From Octopus sinensis (Eukaryota), in the NCBI RefSeq assembly GCF_006345805.1, contig NC_043013.1:46624001-46688000 (forward strand): a DNA stretch of 64,000 nt, read 5' to 3'. This document shows positions 52,127-63,955 of this stretch, in pieces; positions within the stretch are counted from its first letter, which is position 1, and each line of letters begins with the position of its first letter. Both the position numbers and the translations under genes were made by a program. Under the pieces are notes generated by a model. It was given only the letters and a program-made list of their open reading frames with translations. It was not told the origin of the DNA and did no database searches.

Positions 52127-52206
52127 AGAGCTTGTAGATATTGCATGTAAGATGGTGTACTTATACATTCTGAGTGGCTTTCTAGGTCTTCTATTCAATT
52201 CCTGTA

Positions 52207-52622
52207 TATTTCTTTATTGCCCACAGGGGACTAAACATAGAGGGGACAAACAAGGACAGACAAATGGATTAAGTCGATTACATCGAACCCCAGTGCGTAA
52301 CTGGTACTTATTTAATCGACCCCGAAAGGATGAAAGGCAAAGTCGACCTCGGCGGAATTTGAACTCAGAACGTAAAGACAGAAGAAACACCTATTTCTTT
52401 ATTACCCACAAGGGGCTAAACACAGAGGGGACAAACAAGGAGATACAAACGGATTAAGTCGATTACATCGACCCCAGTGCGTAACTAGTCCTTATTTAAT
52501 CGACCCCGAAAGGATGAAAGGCAAAGTCGACTTCTGCAGAATGTGAACTCAGAACGTAACGGCAGACGAAATACCGCTAAGTATTTCGCCCGGCGTGCTA
52601 ACGATTCTGCCAGCTCGTCGCC
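52207..52622 (-). mobile_element. Nin/Deu-like SINE type A dimer
   Basis: Junction GAAACACCTATTTC (~52384-52397); imperfect 14-bp TSD ATTC(A/G)ATTCCT(G/A)TA at 52193-52206 and 52623-52636. Confidence 0.85.
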
Positions 52623-53289
52623 ATTCGATTCCTATAGCTCTGCTTCGGCCTACCTTAAAAAAGGAACCCGGGACGTAACACTGGCTTGTTGAGATAAGAG
52701 TATTGGCTGCCTTGAAAACAATCCTTAGTTTTGCTATCAGATATCTTCCTAACTCTTCTCTTATACTCCTTTGAAACTTTCCCTCTCATTGTCTCTCATA
52801 TTACTCGCACCACTCAGTAGGTTCTTGTATTCTTCATTGTCTTTTAACTATAATTTTGTTGTGTCTTTGTATCATCAGGCATAATCTTCCAGCATATCTA
52901 CGCAATTAAAACTTATTCACCCCAAAATGTGTACCAATATCCTTTATCCTAGAGCTCCAGAAAGAATGCTATGCAGTATTACTTCCAGCTCTGTACGTTG
53001 TGGGTTGAAATATCGTGGCGGTCGACTTCATCTTTTTGATGTCGATAAAATATAGTACCTCTTAAGAACTGGTGTCGATAAATTCGAATGAACATAGCCC
53101 TCAAAGTTACTGGCTTTGCGGTGAAAACAGAAGCAGTCCTCTTCCTCTGTCTCTCCCTTTCCTCTTCCTCCTCCTTCGCATCATCATCATAATTATTATT
53201 TTGGTTTGGCTCAGGTTCGGTAGGAATTACGTGGATAGCGGGAACCTTAGGTATCCACAAGTTTTCAGTAGTCTTTCAAGTGTTTAGAA

Positions 53290-54463
53290 TCTTTCCACGA
53301 CGAGCTCCACCTCATGCGCTACACCATAGAGAGGGTAGGGAAGCACCTTGGCATGGGTGGGGTTCTGATCAACGTGCATCAATCAATCAATAGTGTAATA
53401 GTGTCGGACAGCTCGGAAATCGAAGTGATTGGCTCTACTTTAAGAGTGTATGAAGCGGTGAGAGGAGCAAAAATTGATCAGGACAAGTCGGTGGGCCTGC
53501 AGTTGGGCACCTGGGGAGGCAGGTCCATGTCTACCGACAGCGTTGGACAGAAGGACCTGTTAAATTGCTCGGGGTCTGGTTTGGTTCGGACCTCCACTAT
53601 GGAGTTCTGTAGGGGATTAGTAGCGAACCAGAGCGACGATGGTTCGGGGAAACTCTGGGCGTCGGGAGGGATCGTTTTAAGAGGACTTTCGGGCCGGGGC
53701 CTATGGATTACTTCCGGAAATCCCTGGCCTGGCAGCTCTACCGGGAAGCTCTGCCGGTTCGAGACAAGATCTGCAGACACGGAAGTGCTGTCAGTCGGAC
53801 TTGTCCAAGGTGTGTTCAGGACGACGAAACCGTCCTGTACGCACTCGCCTCGTGTCCGTGCATTACTGACTTGTGGACCTTTGTCGAACCGCTGTTACCA
53901 CGTGTAAGACGGAGCCGGTTATCAGCCGCGTCCACCGTGAAGATCGCCCCGCCGCCTTCCTTTGACCGGGAAGGAAAGGCAGTTTTCCTCTGACTGGTGG
54001 CAATGGCGAAGGAGGTAGTGTGATGGACTAGATGGAAAGGATTGAAGACAGATACTTTCTTCTTTGACCAAACTCTCATTGACTTCTTCAAGCTTCATTT
54101 GAAAAGGAACGTGAAAGTAGGGAGGGAAGTTCTGTACCCAGTAATTTTGTTGAAAGGTGGGTGGGTGCGTGTGGCGAGGATGACCCGCATGAATGGGCCT
54201 GCTGAACTTGCGTCTGTAAACCGGAGAGCTTCAGAAAGAGAGAGGTACCTACTAATGTGTATCTGGCGGTCGGGATAACCAGAACGTGTGGGTTTTCTCG
54301 GTTGTCCCTGTGAAGAACTGCCCCCTTTTGGGGAATTTTATTGTGTAATTGTATTGTTTATTGACATTGTTGTTTTGTTGCTTACTCGATTTTTGTGTTA
54401 AATCCTACGTTTTGTATTGCCCCTATTTGTTTTGTGTTCGGCCCTCGTGGCCAACAAAGAAAC
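53290..54463 (+). mobile_element. L1-clade (Tx1-like) LINE remnant with internal deletions
   Basis: LHLMRYTIERVGK..GGVLINVHQS, YEAVRGAKIDQDKSVGLQLGTW, and zinc-knuckle region LPVRDKICRHG..TCPRCVQDDETVLYALASCP; 3' UTR ending in (TAT)n. Confidence 0.8.
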
Positions 54464-54466
54464 GAA

Positions 54467-54527
<61 letters not shown>

Positions 54528-54590
54528 CTTCTTCTTCTTCTTCTTCTTCTTCTTCTTCTTCTTCTTCTTCTTCTTCTTCTTCTTCTTCTT

Positions 54591-54667
<77 letters not shown>

Positions 54668-54682
54668 CATCATTATCATTAC
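54467..54682. repeat. Compound trinucleotide tract (TAT)n(TGT)n(TCT)n(TAT)n(CAT)
   Basis: Directly visible, between two tail-to-tail LINEs. Confidence 0.95.
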
Positions 54683-55789
54683 AAGCTTCTACTGTACTGT
54701 TTGGTGAGTCTCTGTCTGCCTTGGATACATACAACGTTTTACTTCGAATTTGTTATTTTTGTTGTTTTGAAAATGTTCCACGTAATACGTATGCAGTATC
54801 TTACAGTAATATTTTCTTTGTGTTATGCATATTTCTTAGTCTTGAAAGTTTTGGTTATGTATTTGCTTGCCTAATTTTTTATCATTTCCAAGGCACATTT
54901 ATCATATGGATTCTTTTCATTTTCAGGTCCCACATTCAGTTTATCTCTATTTCCACGCCTTTATATTTGCTTAATTTCCCATTTCTTTGTCGATGTATTA
55001 TCACCCATCTGGACAGCTAAATCGATTAAGAAGTATCTGTTTCCTTAGTGATCCTTAACAACTATATCTGGTCAAATAGCTTTGATTTGTCTGTGTGTAT
55101 CGGCATATCACCAAGTATGATCGCATGTCATTCTCCAAGACATTTTTTTTAGTCTATACCTACATCACATCTTTACTACCGGTATTTCATAATGGCTGCA
55201 GATCTTCTAGTCTATGTAATTTCCGTCTCTTATATTTGTGGAGGTTATTTTACATGGTTGAAGCCGGGTTTCTAGAGACAATAAAATTGTTTCTTCCTAG
55301 TGTCCGCGTATTCTGCAGTTACTATATTCTACCGCTTCATCGTATGCGTTCGGTAGTTTTTAGCTTTGATTTTATAGCTTTTAGTCTTTCATTTCCTAGT
55401 CTATATTGCAACTTTTTCGTCTCTACTCTGTTTAGCTTTTCGAAGTATTAGCCGTGCAGAAACTTTTTTTTTTTTTTTGCTATTGCTTTATCATGACATT
55501 CAGTGGCTTCGTTTTTATCACAGACATTAGCCTTTTTGTTACAACTTCTGTTCTACAACTGTTTTTTCAACTCTTTCTTAATAACTCATTTTAGCCTCTG
55601 TTTTGCACTTGTAGGATTTCTTGAAGACGGGAAGTAGTTTTGTTTATTCCTATTTCGTGGCTATTTGTATTAATTTCCCATGATTTTTTTTATCATATAT
55701 ATATTTGTAGCCTTACACTGGATATAGTTTTCCAGCTGCATAAAAGCTCGTATTCGTGGTAAATATCATACAATTGTTTGTTTTTATAC

Positions 55790-56100
55790 CAGATCTTCAG
55801 TAGCACCTTCAAAATGCAGCCATTGTTTTCCTTGTGAAAGGTAGGAGAGTCCAGTTTGCTGGACATTGTTGTAGAGCTGAAAAAGAAGTAATTTCTCCTC
55901 TTCTCCTCTGGAAGCCATCTACTCGCAATACCAGAGGGCGCACACTCTCCTACCCTGATGTAATCTCCAGGGATACAGGCATCCAGCAACAGGACCTCCG
56001 TAATGCCATGATGGACCGTGAAGTCTGGCGTAGCATTGTAAATTCCATTGTCTCGACCACGGTCGAACAATGATGATGATGATTGTTTTCCTGGCCTTTG
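55790..56100 (+). mobile_element. RTE-like LINE 3' end with (TGA)n tail
   Basis: RRVQFAGHCCR..ISPLLLWKP..YPDVISRDTG..LRNAMMDREVWR, then stop and (TGA)n. Confidence 0.8.
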
Positions 56101-56373
56101 TTCCACCTTGCTAATTCTTTTAGCGATCGTTTAAAAATATAACTACAAATTATTACTGGCACACCTAGTGTAGTTATGGAATCAATCTGTTGTGTTTCAG
56201 TCCTTTTTTTCCGTTCATTTCTTTCTATTCTGTATGTTGTCTAAATAACTGACTCTTAAGTATTTCTAAGTCTGTCTTAGATCTGATTGTCTTATCCCCA
56301 TTATATCATTCAACGCGACATTATTGTTCTTAATTAAATTTGCTCTCTTCTAGGTTATCTTGGTATACTTTTC

Positions 56374-56796
56374 GGATCTTTTCTGTTTGAACGGCAGTTT
56401 TTTCTAGCGGTGTCATATGAAATTGTCACCCATAATTATGACCCTAGTATCGATCTATTGCATTTCAATCTATTTTAGGGTTAGGGTTAGGGTTAGAGGT
56501 GGGGGAAGGGTATCTTTTTTTTCTTCACAAATGTAAATAAACCCAATCTGTTTCTTAAACGAGGGACATATTCATACGGCACAGAATGTTTTCACCTCAT
56601 TAGACGTCATTGATTGGTTGAAATTGCAGAAATTGAAGAAAAACAGCAACAAATATCTTAGAAACTATAGAATTTTCTCAATAAAGCCAAAAGATAAAGA
56701 TGTTTTATAAACACATTCTACCAGTATACGAAGTTTAAAATTTTTTAGTTACGTGGAAATTATTTTAAAAAACTGCCGTTGAAACCGAAAAGATCC
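56374..56796. mobile_element. MITE with ~30-bp GG-terminal TIRs and internal (TTAGGG)3
   Basis: GGATCTTTTCTGTTTGAACGGCAGTTTTTT vs reverse-complement of AAAAAACTGCCGTTGAAACCGAAAAGATCC; flanks TACTTTTC / TACTTTCT suggest a 7-8 bp TSD. Confidence 0.8.
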
Positions 56797-56951
56797 TACT
56801 TTTCTAACCGAAGCTCATTTCAATTCTTCTTGGCAGATATTTTCTCTCATCTGCAGCGTACCTCAAGAGGCCTTCAATTTTCAAATTAAACTAACTTAGC
56901 ATTTCTATGCAAGTCAAAGCTGGTTTCATGTGTTGGTTATATTCACTAACG

Positions 56952-57337
56952 TGGAGGCGCAATGGCCCAGTGGTTAGGGCAGCGGACTCGCGGTCATAGG
57001 ATCGCGGTTTCGATTCTCAGACCGGGCGTTGTGAGTGTTTATTGAGCGAAAACACCTAAAGCTCCACGAGTCTCCGGCAGGGGATGGCGGTGATCCCTGC
57101 TGTACTCTTTCACCACAACTTTCTCTCACTCTTACTTCCTGTTTCTGTTGTACCTGTATTTCAAAGGGCCGGCCTTGTCACTCTCTGTGTCACGCTGAAT
57201 ATCCCCGAGAACTACGTTAAGGGTACACGTGTCTGTGGAGTGCTCAGCCACTTACACGTTAATTTCACGAGCAGGCTGTTCCGTTGATTCGGATCAACCG
57301 GAACCCTCGTCGTCGTAACCGACGGAGTGCTTCCAAA
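56952..57337 (+). mobile_element. Meta-like tRNA SINE, body M2 + tail T2
   Basis: 13-bp TSD ATATTCACTAACG at 56939-56951 and 57338-57350. Confidence 0.9.
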
Positions 57338-57647
57338 ATATTCACTAACGCTAAGTAGAAAACGAGTAGAGTGGAAATCTCTTGAGGGTTTACCTCCTTT
57401 AATAGAGACAAGGCTAATTTTTATAACTCCCTCTATTGTCTCAATCTACAGAATTATTAGCCATTTACTAATGTGCTATTTAATATATCTGCTTAATATT
57501 GGTGAAGTCTACTCGTAGCTACGGTTTCTACGATCCACGTGTGTGGAACATGGTCAAAATCCTTCTTATAGCCAAATCCTACCTTGTTCTGAGCCTTTGC
57601 ACTTCAGATGTTTTATATTCTTCAATATAAGGATTGCAAGTTGCCGG

Positions 57648-57780
57648 AAGAGTTTGGCCGAAGAGGAAAGTATCTGTCTTCAGTCCTTTCCATCTCGTCT
57701 ACCCGCTTCGCCATTGCCACCAGACAGAGAAAAACTGCATTTCCTTCCCTGCTAAAGGAAGGCGGCGGGGCGATCTTCAT
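57648..57780 (-). mobile_element. Inverted fragment of the Tx1-like LINE
   Basis: Reverse-complement similarity to ~53938-54075. Confidence 0.75.
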
Positions 57781-57841
57781 GTATGTCTATAGGTGGTTTC
57801 CTCTCAGCGAGTTAGTTAGATGTTGTCTCTGGTTCCCTGAG

Positions 57842-58142
57842 TGGAGGCACATGACCTAGTGGTTAGAGCAGCGGACTCACGGTCGAGGGATAGCGGGTTC
57901 GAATCTCACATCGGGTGATGTGTATGTTTAAGAGCGAAACACCTAAGCTCCACGCGGCTCCGGCAGAAGGTAATGGTGAACTTCTGCTGACTCTTTCGCC
58001 ACAACTTTCTCTCACTCTTTCCTTCTGCATATTGCAGCTCACCTGCGACGGACCGGCGTCCCGTCCAGGTGAGGAACCTATACGCCAAGGAAACCGGGAA
58101 ACCGGCCCTTATGAGCCAGGGAAGGCTCGAGAAGGAACATCA
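57842..58142 (+). mobile_element. Meta-like tRNA SINE, body M2 + tail T1
   Basis: 14-bp TSD TCTGGTTCCCTGAG at 57828-57841 and 58143-58156. Confidence 0.9.
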
Positions 58143-59549
58143 TCTGGTTCCCTGAGTATCTCTGCTGCTACCCATGTCTCTCTGTTGAATATTTTAAGCA
58201 TATGTTTAGGATATTAGCATTCCTGGTACCTTGAGATTTTCCTTCATATTCTGTAAAGTAATGTTGGTGAGATATGGTCTCCATGTATCCGTCTTTTTGA
58301 AGATTCCACTCCTTAGTTCTTCTGCTTCTCTTTTTTCTTGGCGCTGTATGGAATTCTACCTTATTTTTGTTCTTGACAGAACGATCTTTAGTTCTTGATA
58401 ACACCGTTTTAGGTTAAAATCGAACTGCTTGCTATGTTTGAGAAATCGTTGTCGCCTTTTACACCGCCAATTCTTTGCGATTCATCGAGGATCTTTTGAC
58501 AAAAGTGTTTTCTTTTTCCATTTCGGGTTCTTTTTTATGTTCTTTCTTTGCATTATGACCGTGCCTTTCTTTTCATTTTTCGTTGTGTCTTTTCGTTATT
58601 AATTTTATCAAAGATTGAGGGATTTTCTCTAGTTTTTATTATGATTGTCTTCCATGATTTCTGCTTGGATTTTTTATACCCTTGTATGATGTATATATCC
58701 TTTCTTATATTCTTATATCCCCAAAATTGTCCTCTTTCTTTTGGCTTATGCGTATATTATTTCATTTAACCTGATGAGTGTTGATCAAATCTGCTTTCAT
58801 TAAATTCCTAATGGCTAAGTTTGCCTTATTTACTCTTGTTGATATCTCATCGTTGAGTTTTATCCTCGGGAATATTTTCAGTTGTTCACCGGAAGAACTT
58901 TCAAAGATCCAAAGATCAACTGACTTTAATTCTTTAACAATTTCTAATCTAATCATTATTATCATATTCTTCTATGTTTAAATTTTTCTATTCTCAAACT
59001 ATTCTCACATTCCCTTTAATTCACATTTTGTTTAAGTTGTTTTTGGTCCCTATTCCGTAGATGCTTTACATCTTGATTTTGTTGCTTTGCCACCATTTAC
59101 ATTGTCTGGCACCTGCCAAGTGAACCTTTGATATTTATTTGCTTTTTATTTTTGCTGTTTTTATTCATGTTTTCGTTACGTTTTCTTTTCGTGAGAGATT
59201 TATTTTATCACCATAGTTCACTAGCCTGAATTCTATTATGTGCTTTCACTAAATAACTGAGCACAGATCTGTGTACTTTCGCTATGTGCGGTGTATTGTT
59301 TTACCGGTACATTAGAACTCAGTTTTTCCACTTCATCGAAGACTGCAGTTTTGATTAGTTTCGGCTGTTTCTAGATATAACACAGTCCGTCTGTATTATG
59401 ATATTTAGATTTAGACCTCATATGTTAAAACCTGAGTGCTTTTACCGGGATATAAAGTAGTCATTGCTATCTGTACGCTTAGTGAAAATCTCATAGGGCT
59501 GGATTCTATAGTAGCACAATATTTGTCGTAAAGAAAACTGATATATAAA

Positions 59550-59629
<80 letters not shown>

Positions 59630-59640
59630 AATCTATCTAC

Positions 59641-59675
<35 letters not shown>

Positions 59676-61386
59676 AACACACACACACATATATATATAT
59701 CGAAAAAATCGATAATTGATAATATAGCCAACCGTTTCATGAGGCAAGCAAATACAAAATGACCATTCTACTTCTCTGGAATAACACTGGAAAAAGTAGA
59801 CATTTAAAATGTTTTCATCTATAAAGATAACAAGAACGAATATCTTTGGCAAATAAACGTTTAAAGTATGTGTGTATGAAAAGGAAATGTTGGCCATCTG
59901 AAATCTACTTTCATGTATGTGTGTTTGTGTGTGCGCGCATGTGTGCTTGTGTGTGTGTGTGTATGTGTGCTTGTGTGTGTGTGTGTCACGTGTATGTATG
60001 AACTGTTCCTTGTAACTTAACCACGTTAGTGGCCACATGAACAATACTTAAGAATCGCTCTGTCCTATAAAACTTACCATAACCATCGCCATAGAACGCT
60101 GAAGTGCTTTCATTGATCTCATTTCAGCCATTCCAATAAACTTCCAACAATATCTCTAGATTCCTATTCCAGTATTCTATTAACATATATCACTACCGTT
60201 AACATATTTTACACTATGTACGCAACTTTACGCAGTTACCATTTGTTATTTAATTTGGTTCATACAATAATCCCCACTTCGCCATTACAGGACACCATTG
60301 AGTGAATATAAATTTATGAACACCCAGCCGAAATACCCCACTGTTACTTACTAGACACTTTTTGGTTGTAAAGAATTAGTTTTGGTTGTAAAGAATTATT
60401 TGTGCCTTTTCCACGATTGACTGTATCAGTTTTCTCAGATATCATGTTCCTCACCGTTTGAAGGAGAACCTGTTAATCTTTATCTTCAACATCCCTATGT
60501 AGCTATCTGCATAACAATTGTAATATCGTAGGTAGCTTCGTTGATCTTTGTCAATAGAGTAAGTAGGTGCAAAACCAGCTTTCTATCAGCAATATTACTC
60601 CATTTTCTTACCGGTTTAGGATTTCAAATCTTCAAATGATGCAACACCGGAACAGTTATACTGTCCATAAATATTAAAAACACAACTGATTGGCACACTT
60701 AACAGTAAATGAAGGCAACATCTTAAAATATCTAGTTCCTTCTCATGAAATTTTATTTCTCCTGTTCTCAGCTGACCGTTTTCACAGAAATCAATAAAAG
60801 CCTAAGAATTCTATAATTCAATAAGTGTGTAATATAATATTATTCAAACGAATAAATAATTCAGTTGAATAATGCAATAAGTATATTTATAAGAAAATTC
60901 CGGTTGAAGAACAAGCTTGTACAAATCTCTTGTGTTAACCACAATAATTTTCTCCGGTTTGTTGTTGAACTGCAAATACCGAGAAATATACAGCCTTCTG
61001 ATAAATACAGTCATATCTGAATGGATTTAATTTGACTGTGGAATCAAGACCCACGAGGGACAGTTTGAAATGAGTATTGATTCACATAGGATAATTCACC
61101 AGAATCCATCCATATACCCTCCAAAATATTGTCTGTGTCTGTTGTTTTTTGCAATGTGACTGGAGCAGCATCACTGAGGTGATGGTAAACCTTGCGAAGG
61201 GCTGATATAAGTTATTTGGTTGATCACTGCATTAAGCAAAAGGATTCCCCAGGGTCACAGCAAAGACACTGTCAGTACATTGGGAGTGCAGATGTCAAGT
61301 GAATCATCAATGCATACCCTCTCTCTCTCTCTCTCTCGCGATACACACACACTCACGCATGCTCACACTCACACACATATCTAAAC

Positions 61387-61787
61387 TCTTTACTCACTTG
61401 TTTCAGTCATTTGACTGCGGCCATGCTGCAGCACCACCTTTAGTCGAGCAAATCGATCCCAGGACTTATTCTTTGTAAGCCTAGTACTTATTCTAGCGGT
61501 CTCTTTTGCCGAACTGCTAATGTTACGGGGACGTAAACACACCAGCATCGGTTGTCAAGCGATGTTGGAGGAACAAACACAGACACACACACACACACAC
61601 ACACACACCACACACACACACATATATATATATATATTCGACGGGCTTCTTTTCAGTTTCTGTCTACCAAATCCACTCACAAGGCTTTGGTCGGCCCGAG
61701 GGAATAGTAGAAGACACTTGCCCAAGGTGCCACGCAGTGGGACTGAACCCAGAACCATGTAGCTGGTAAGCAAGCTACTTACCACAC
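61387..61787 (-). mobile_element. CORE-like SINE, near full length
   Basis: Family tail, body and head on the minus strand. Confidence 0.88.
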
Positions 61788-61812
61788 GTAAAAGAGTAAA
61801 AGAGAGTAAAGA

Positions 61813-61843
<31 letters not shown>

Positions 61844-61845
<2 letters not shown>

Positions 61846-62250
61846 CGCAGGAGTGGCTGTGTGGTAAGTAGCTTGCTAACCAACCACATGTTTCCGGGTT
61901 CAGTCCCACTGCGTGGCATCTTGGGCAAGTGTCTTCTGCTATAGCCCCGGGCCGACCAATGCCTTGTGAGTGGATTTGGTAGACGGAAACTAAAAGAAGC
62001 CTGTCGTATATATGTATATATATATATAAGTGTGTGTGTGTGTGTGTTTGTGTGTCTGTGTTTGTCCCTCTAGCATTGCTTGACAACCGATGCTGGTGTG
62101 TTTACGCCCCCGTCACTTAGCGGTTCGGCAAAACAGACCGATAGAATAAGTACTGGGCTTACAAAGACTAAGTCCCGGGGTCGATTTGCTCGACTAAAGG
62201 CGCTGCTCCAGCATGGCCGCAGTCAAATGACTGAAACAATTAAAAAAAAA
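61844..62250 (+). mobile_element. CORE-like SINE, full length
   Basis: Nearly identical to 11013-11475 outside the microsatellite. Confidence 0.9.
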
Positions 62251-62737
62251 TATATATATATATTAGATCTCCGTAGCAAATTCCAAGAACATCTTCCTCT
62301 GATGATCCATTGCGCTCAGGCATCCAAATGTACTTGGAACATCCAATTCTGAGTTCCAAGTAATTACAATAAAGGAAACGTACTCAGGAATTAACAATGT
62401 ATATTTGCGTTTATCTTCATCACTCTGTATGCTCTGTTTTCTCAAAATTAGTTATACTGATATTTAACGTGGGACTATAACCCGTACAGTAGTGGTCATA
62501 TATTTAACTGAACACATACACAATATATATGTATTTCCTTTCAGTATTGATGGCCGGAAGAAAGTGTAGTAGAGTTTAAAGTTGTTTATTTTTTGGGGGC
62601 GACTCAGTCTCTGGTTACTCCAAGGTTTGCCTATTAATGCACAGGATTTCCATGTAAGTTACGAGTAAAGGAATGATGGGATTTACTCCCTCTCTCTTTC
62701 TCTCTTTCGCTCTCTCTCTATCTCTCACACCCACACA

Positions 62738-63135
62738 TGGCGGGCTTCTTTCAGTTTCCTATTTCTTTATTGCCCACAAGGGGCTAAACATAGAGGGGAC
62801 AAACAAGGACAGACAAAGGGATTAAATTGATTGCATCGACTCCAGTGCGGAACTAGTACTTAATTTATCGATCCCGAAAGGATGAACGCCAAAGTCGACC
62901 TCGGCAGAATTTGAACTCAGAGTGTAACGGCAGACGATATACCGCTAAGTATTTCGCCCGGCGCGTTAACGTTTCTGCCAGCTCGCCGCCCTTTCAGTTT
63001 CCATCGACCAAATTCATTCACAAGGCTTTGATTAACCCGAGGCTATATTAGAAGACACCCGCCCAAGGTTTCACACAGTGGGATTAAACCCAAGACCATG
63101 CGGTTGTAAAGCAAGCTTCTTACTCCATAGCCACT
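62738..63135 (-). mobile_element. CORE-like SINE 5' half, interrupted by a type A SINE
   Basis: GGCGGGCTTCTTTCAGTTTC resumes as CTTTCAGTTTCCATCGACC after the insert. Confidence 0.75.
62759..62990 (-). mobile_element. Nin/Deu-like SINE type A monomer (defines element ends)
   Basis: 11-bp TSD CTTTCAGTTTC at 62748-62758 and 62991-63001; 3' end is ...AAAGAAATAG. Confidence 0.9.
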
Positions 63136-63415
63136 CCAAGAAAAATTACGATATTGAAGGTAAAGTAAATAGGTTGAATAAAGTATCTTATCAGGGGTAC
63201 CGATTTCGTGGAATGGTAAGTAAATCAAAAGTATGTTTGAAATGGTTGATGGTAATGTCAGTAATAGTGGTAGATAAGATAAAGAAGTATAGATAAAAAG
63301 TGAAATAAAATCAATAAAATAATTAAAAGGATAATAAAAAATACAAACCTTTGGGAATGTCGGTGAGAATATTCAAAATATTGAAGAAATGTTTTTTAAA
63401 AATATGAAAGAAATA

Positions 63416-63528
63416 TTGAAAAAATATTGAAAGATATTGAAAAAATGAAATATAGGTTGAAAACATTGAAGAGAAGTATTGAAAAAATGTTGAAAACGTT
63501 GAAAAAGTGTTGAAGGAATTGAAAAAAA
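63416..63528. repeat. Degenerate TTGAAAA minisatellite, ~10.3-bp period
   Basis: TTGA-type starts at 63416, 63427, 63437, ~63445, 63457, 63466, 63479, 63490, 63499, 63510, 63519. Confidence 0.7.
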
Positions 63529-63850
63529 ATTATTAAATTATAAAAAATATAAAAATTATATGAAATGTAAATGTAAAACAGAATGGTAAAAAACGAAGAA
63601 AATGAGCAAAATTAAACAGAAATCAAAAGTACCAGACCTCTCTATAAAAACAAAAAATAAAATGTACGTAAGTTGAAATGTGGATACGGCAGGAGAAGAG
63701 AATAAGTAAATTATTAAGTAAATAAGATATATTGAGAATAATGGTTATAATGAAGGTAAGAAGAAATAGATAAACAAGTGATGATGATGATGATTATAAA
63801 TTATTTTCAGAGTGAGTAGTGAAGGTAGCAATATTAATGGTAATCATAAG

Positions 63851-63955
63851 GCGGCGAGCAGGCCAGGATCGTTAGCAGGCCGGGGAAAATGCTTAGCGGC
63901 ATTTCGTCCGTCTTTATGTTCTGAGTTCAAATTCTACCGAGGTCGACTTTGTTCA
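63851..63955 (+). mobile_element. Nin/Deu-like SINE head, partial
   Basis: GGCGGCGAGCAGGC..AAATGCTTAGCGGCATTTCGTCCG..GAGTTCAAATT..GGTCGACTTTG. Confidence 0.7.

Larger units (their letters stand above)
54683..58960 (-). mobile_element. Fragmented R4/Dong-clade (restriction-like endonuclease) non-LTR retrotransposon with nested insertions
   Basis: Collinear minus-strand motifs: KQFDFNLKRCYQEL (~58430); GYKKDFDHVPHTWI, RT (~57560); SITTLGVPVIICS..LKELARWNK (~56140); CRIRGH*EETI knuckle (~55310); PDIVVKDH and KLSKYKGVEIEIN*MWDLK (PD..(D/E)xK, ~54920-55080); GALEMIK; 3' end runs into (TAA)n. Confidence 0.7.

Noticed and set aside
56472-56495. Telomere or chromosome fusion site
   Set aside because: Only three TTAGGG units, located inside a TIR-bounded MITE.
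56952-57025. tRNA genes at SINE heads
   Set aside because: A/B boxes are present, but there is no complete cloverleaf and each continues into a SINE body, often with a TSD.
60060-61320. Apparently unique sequence that might hold host exons
   Set aside because: No ORF or motif I could recognise in partial manual translation; needs RNA-seq or a protein search.
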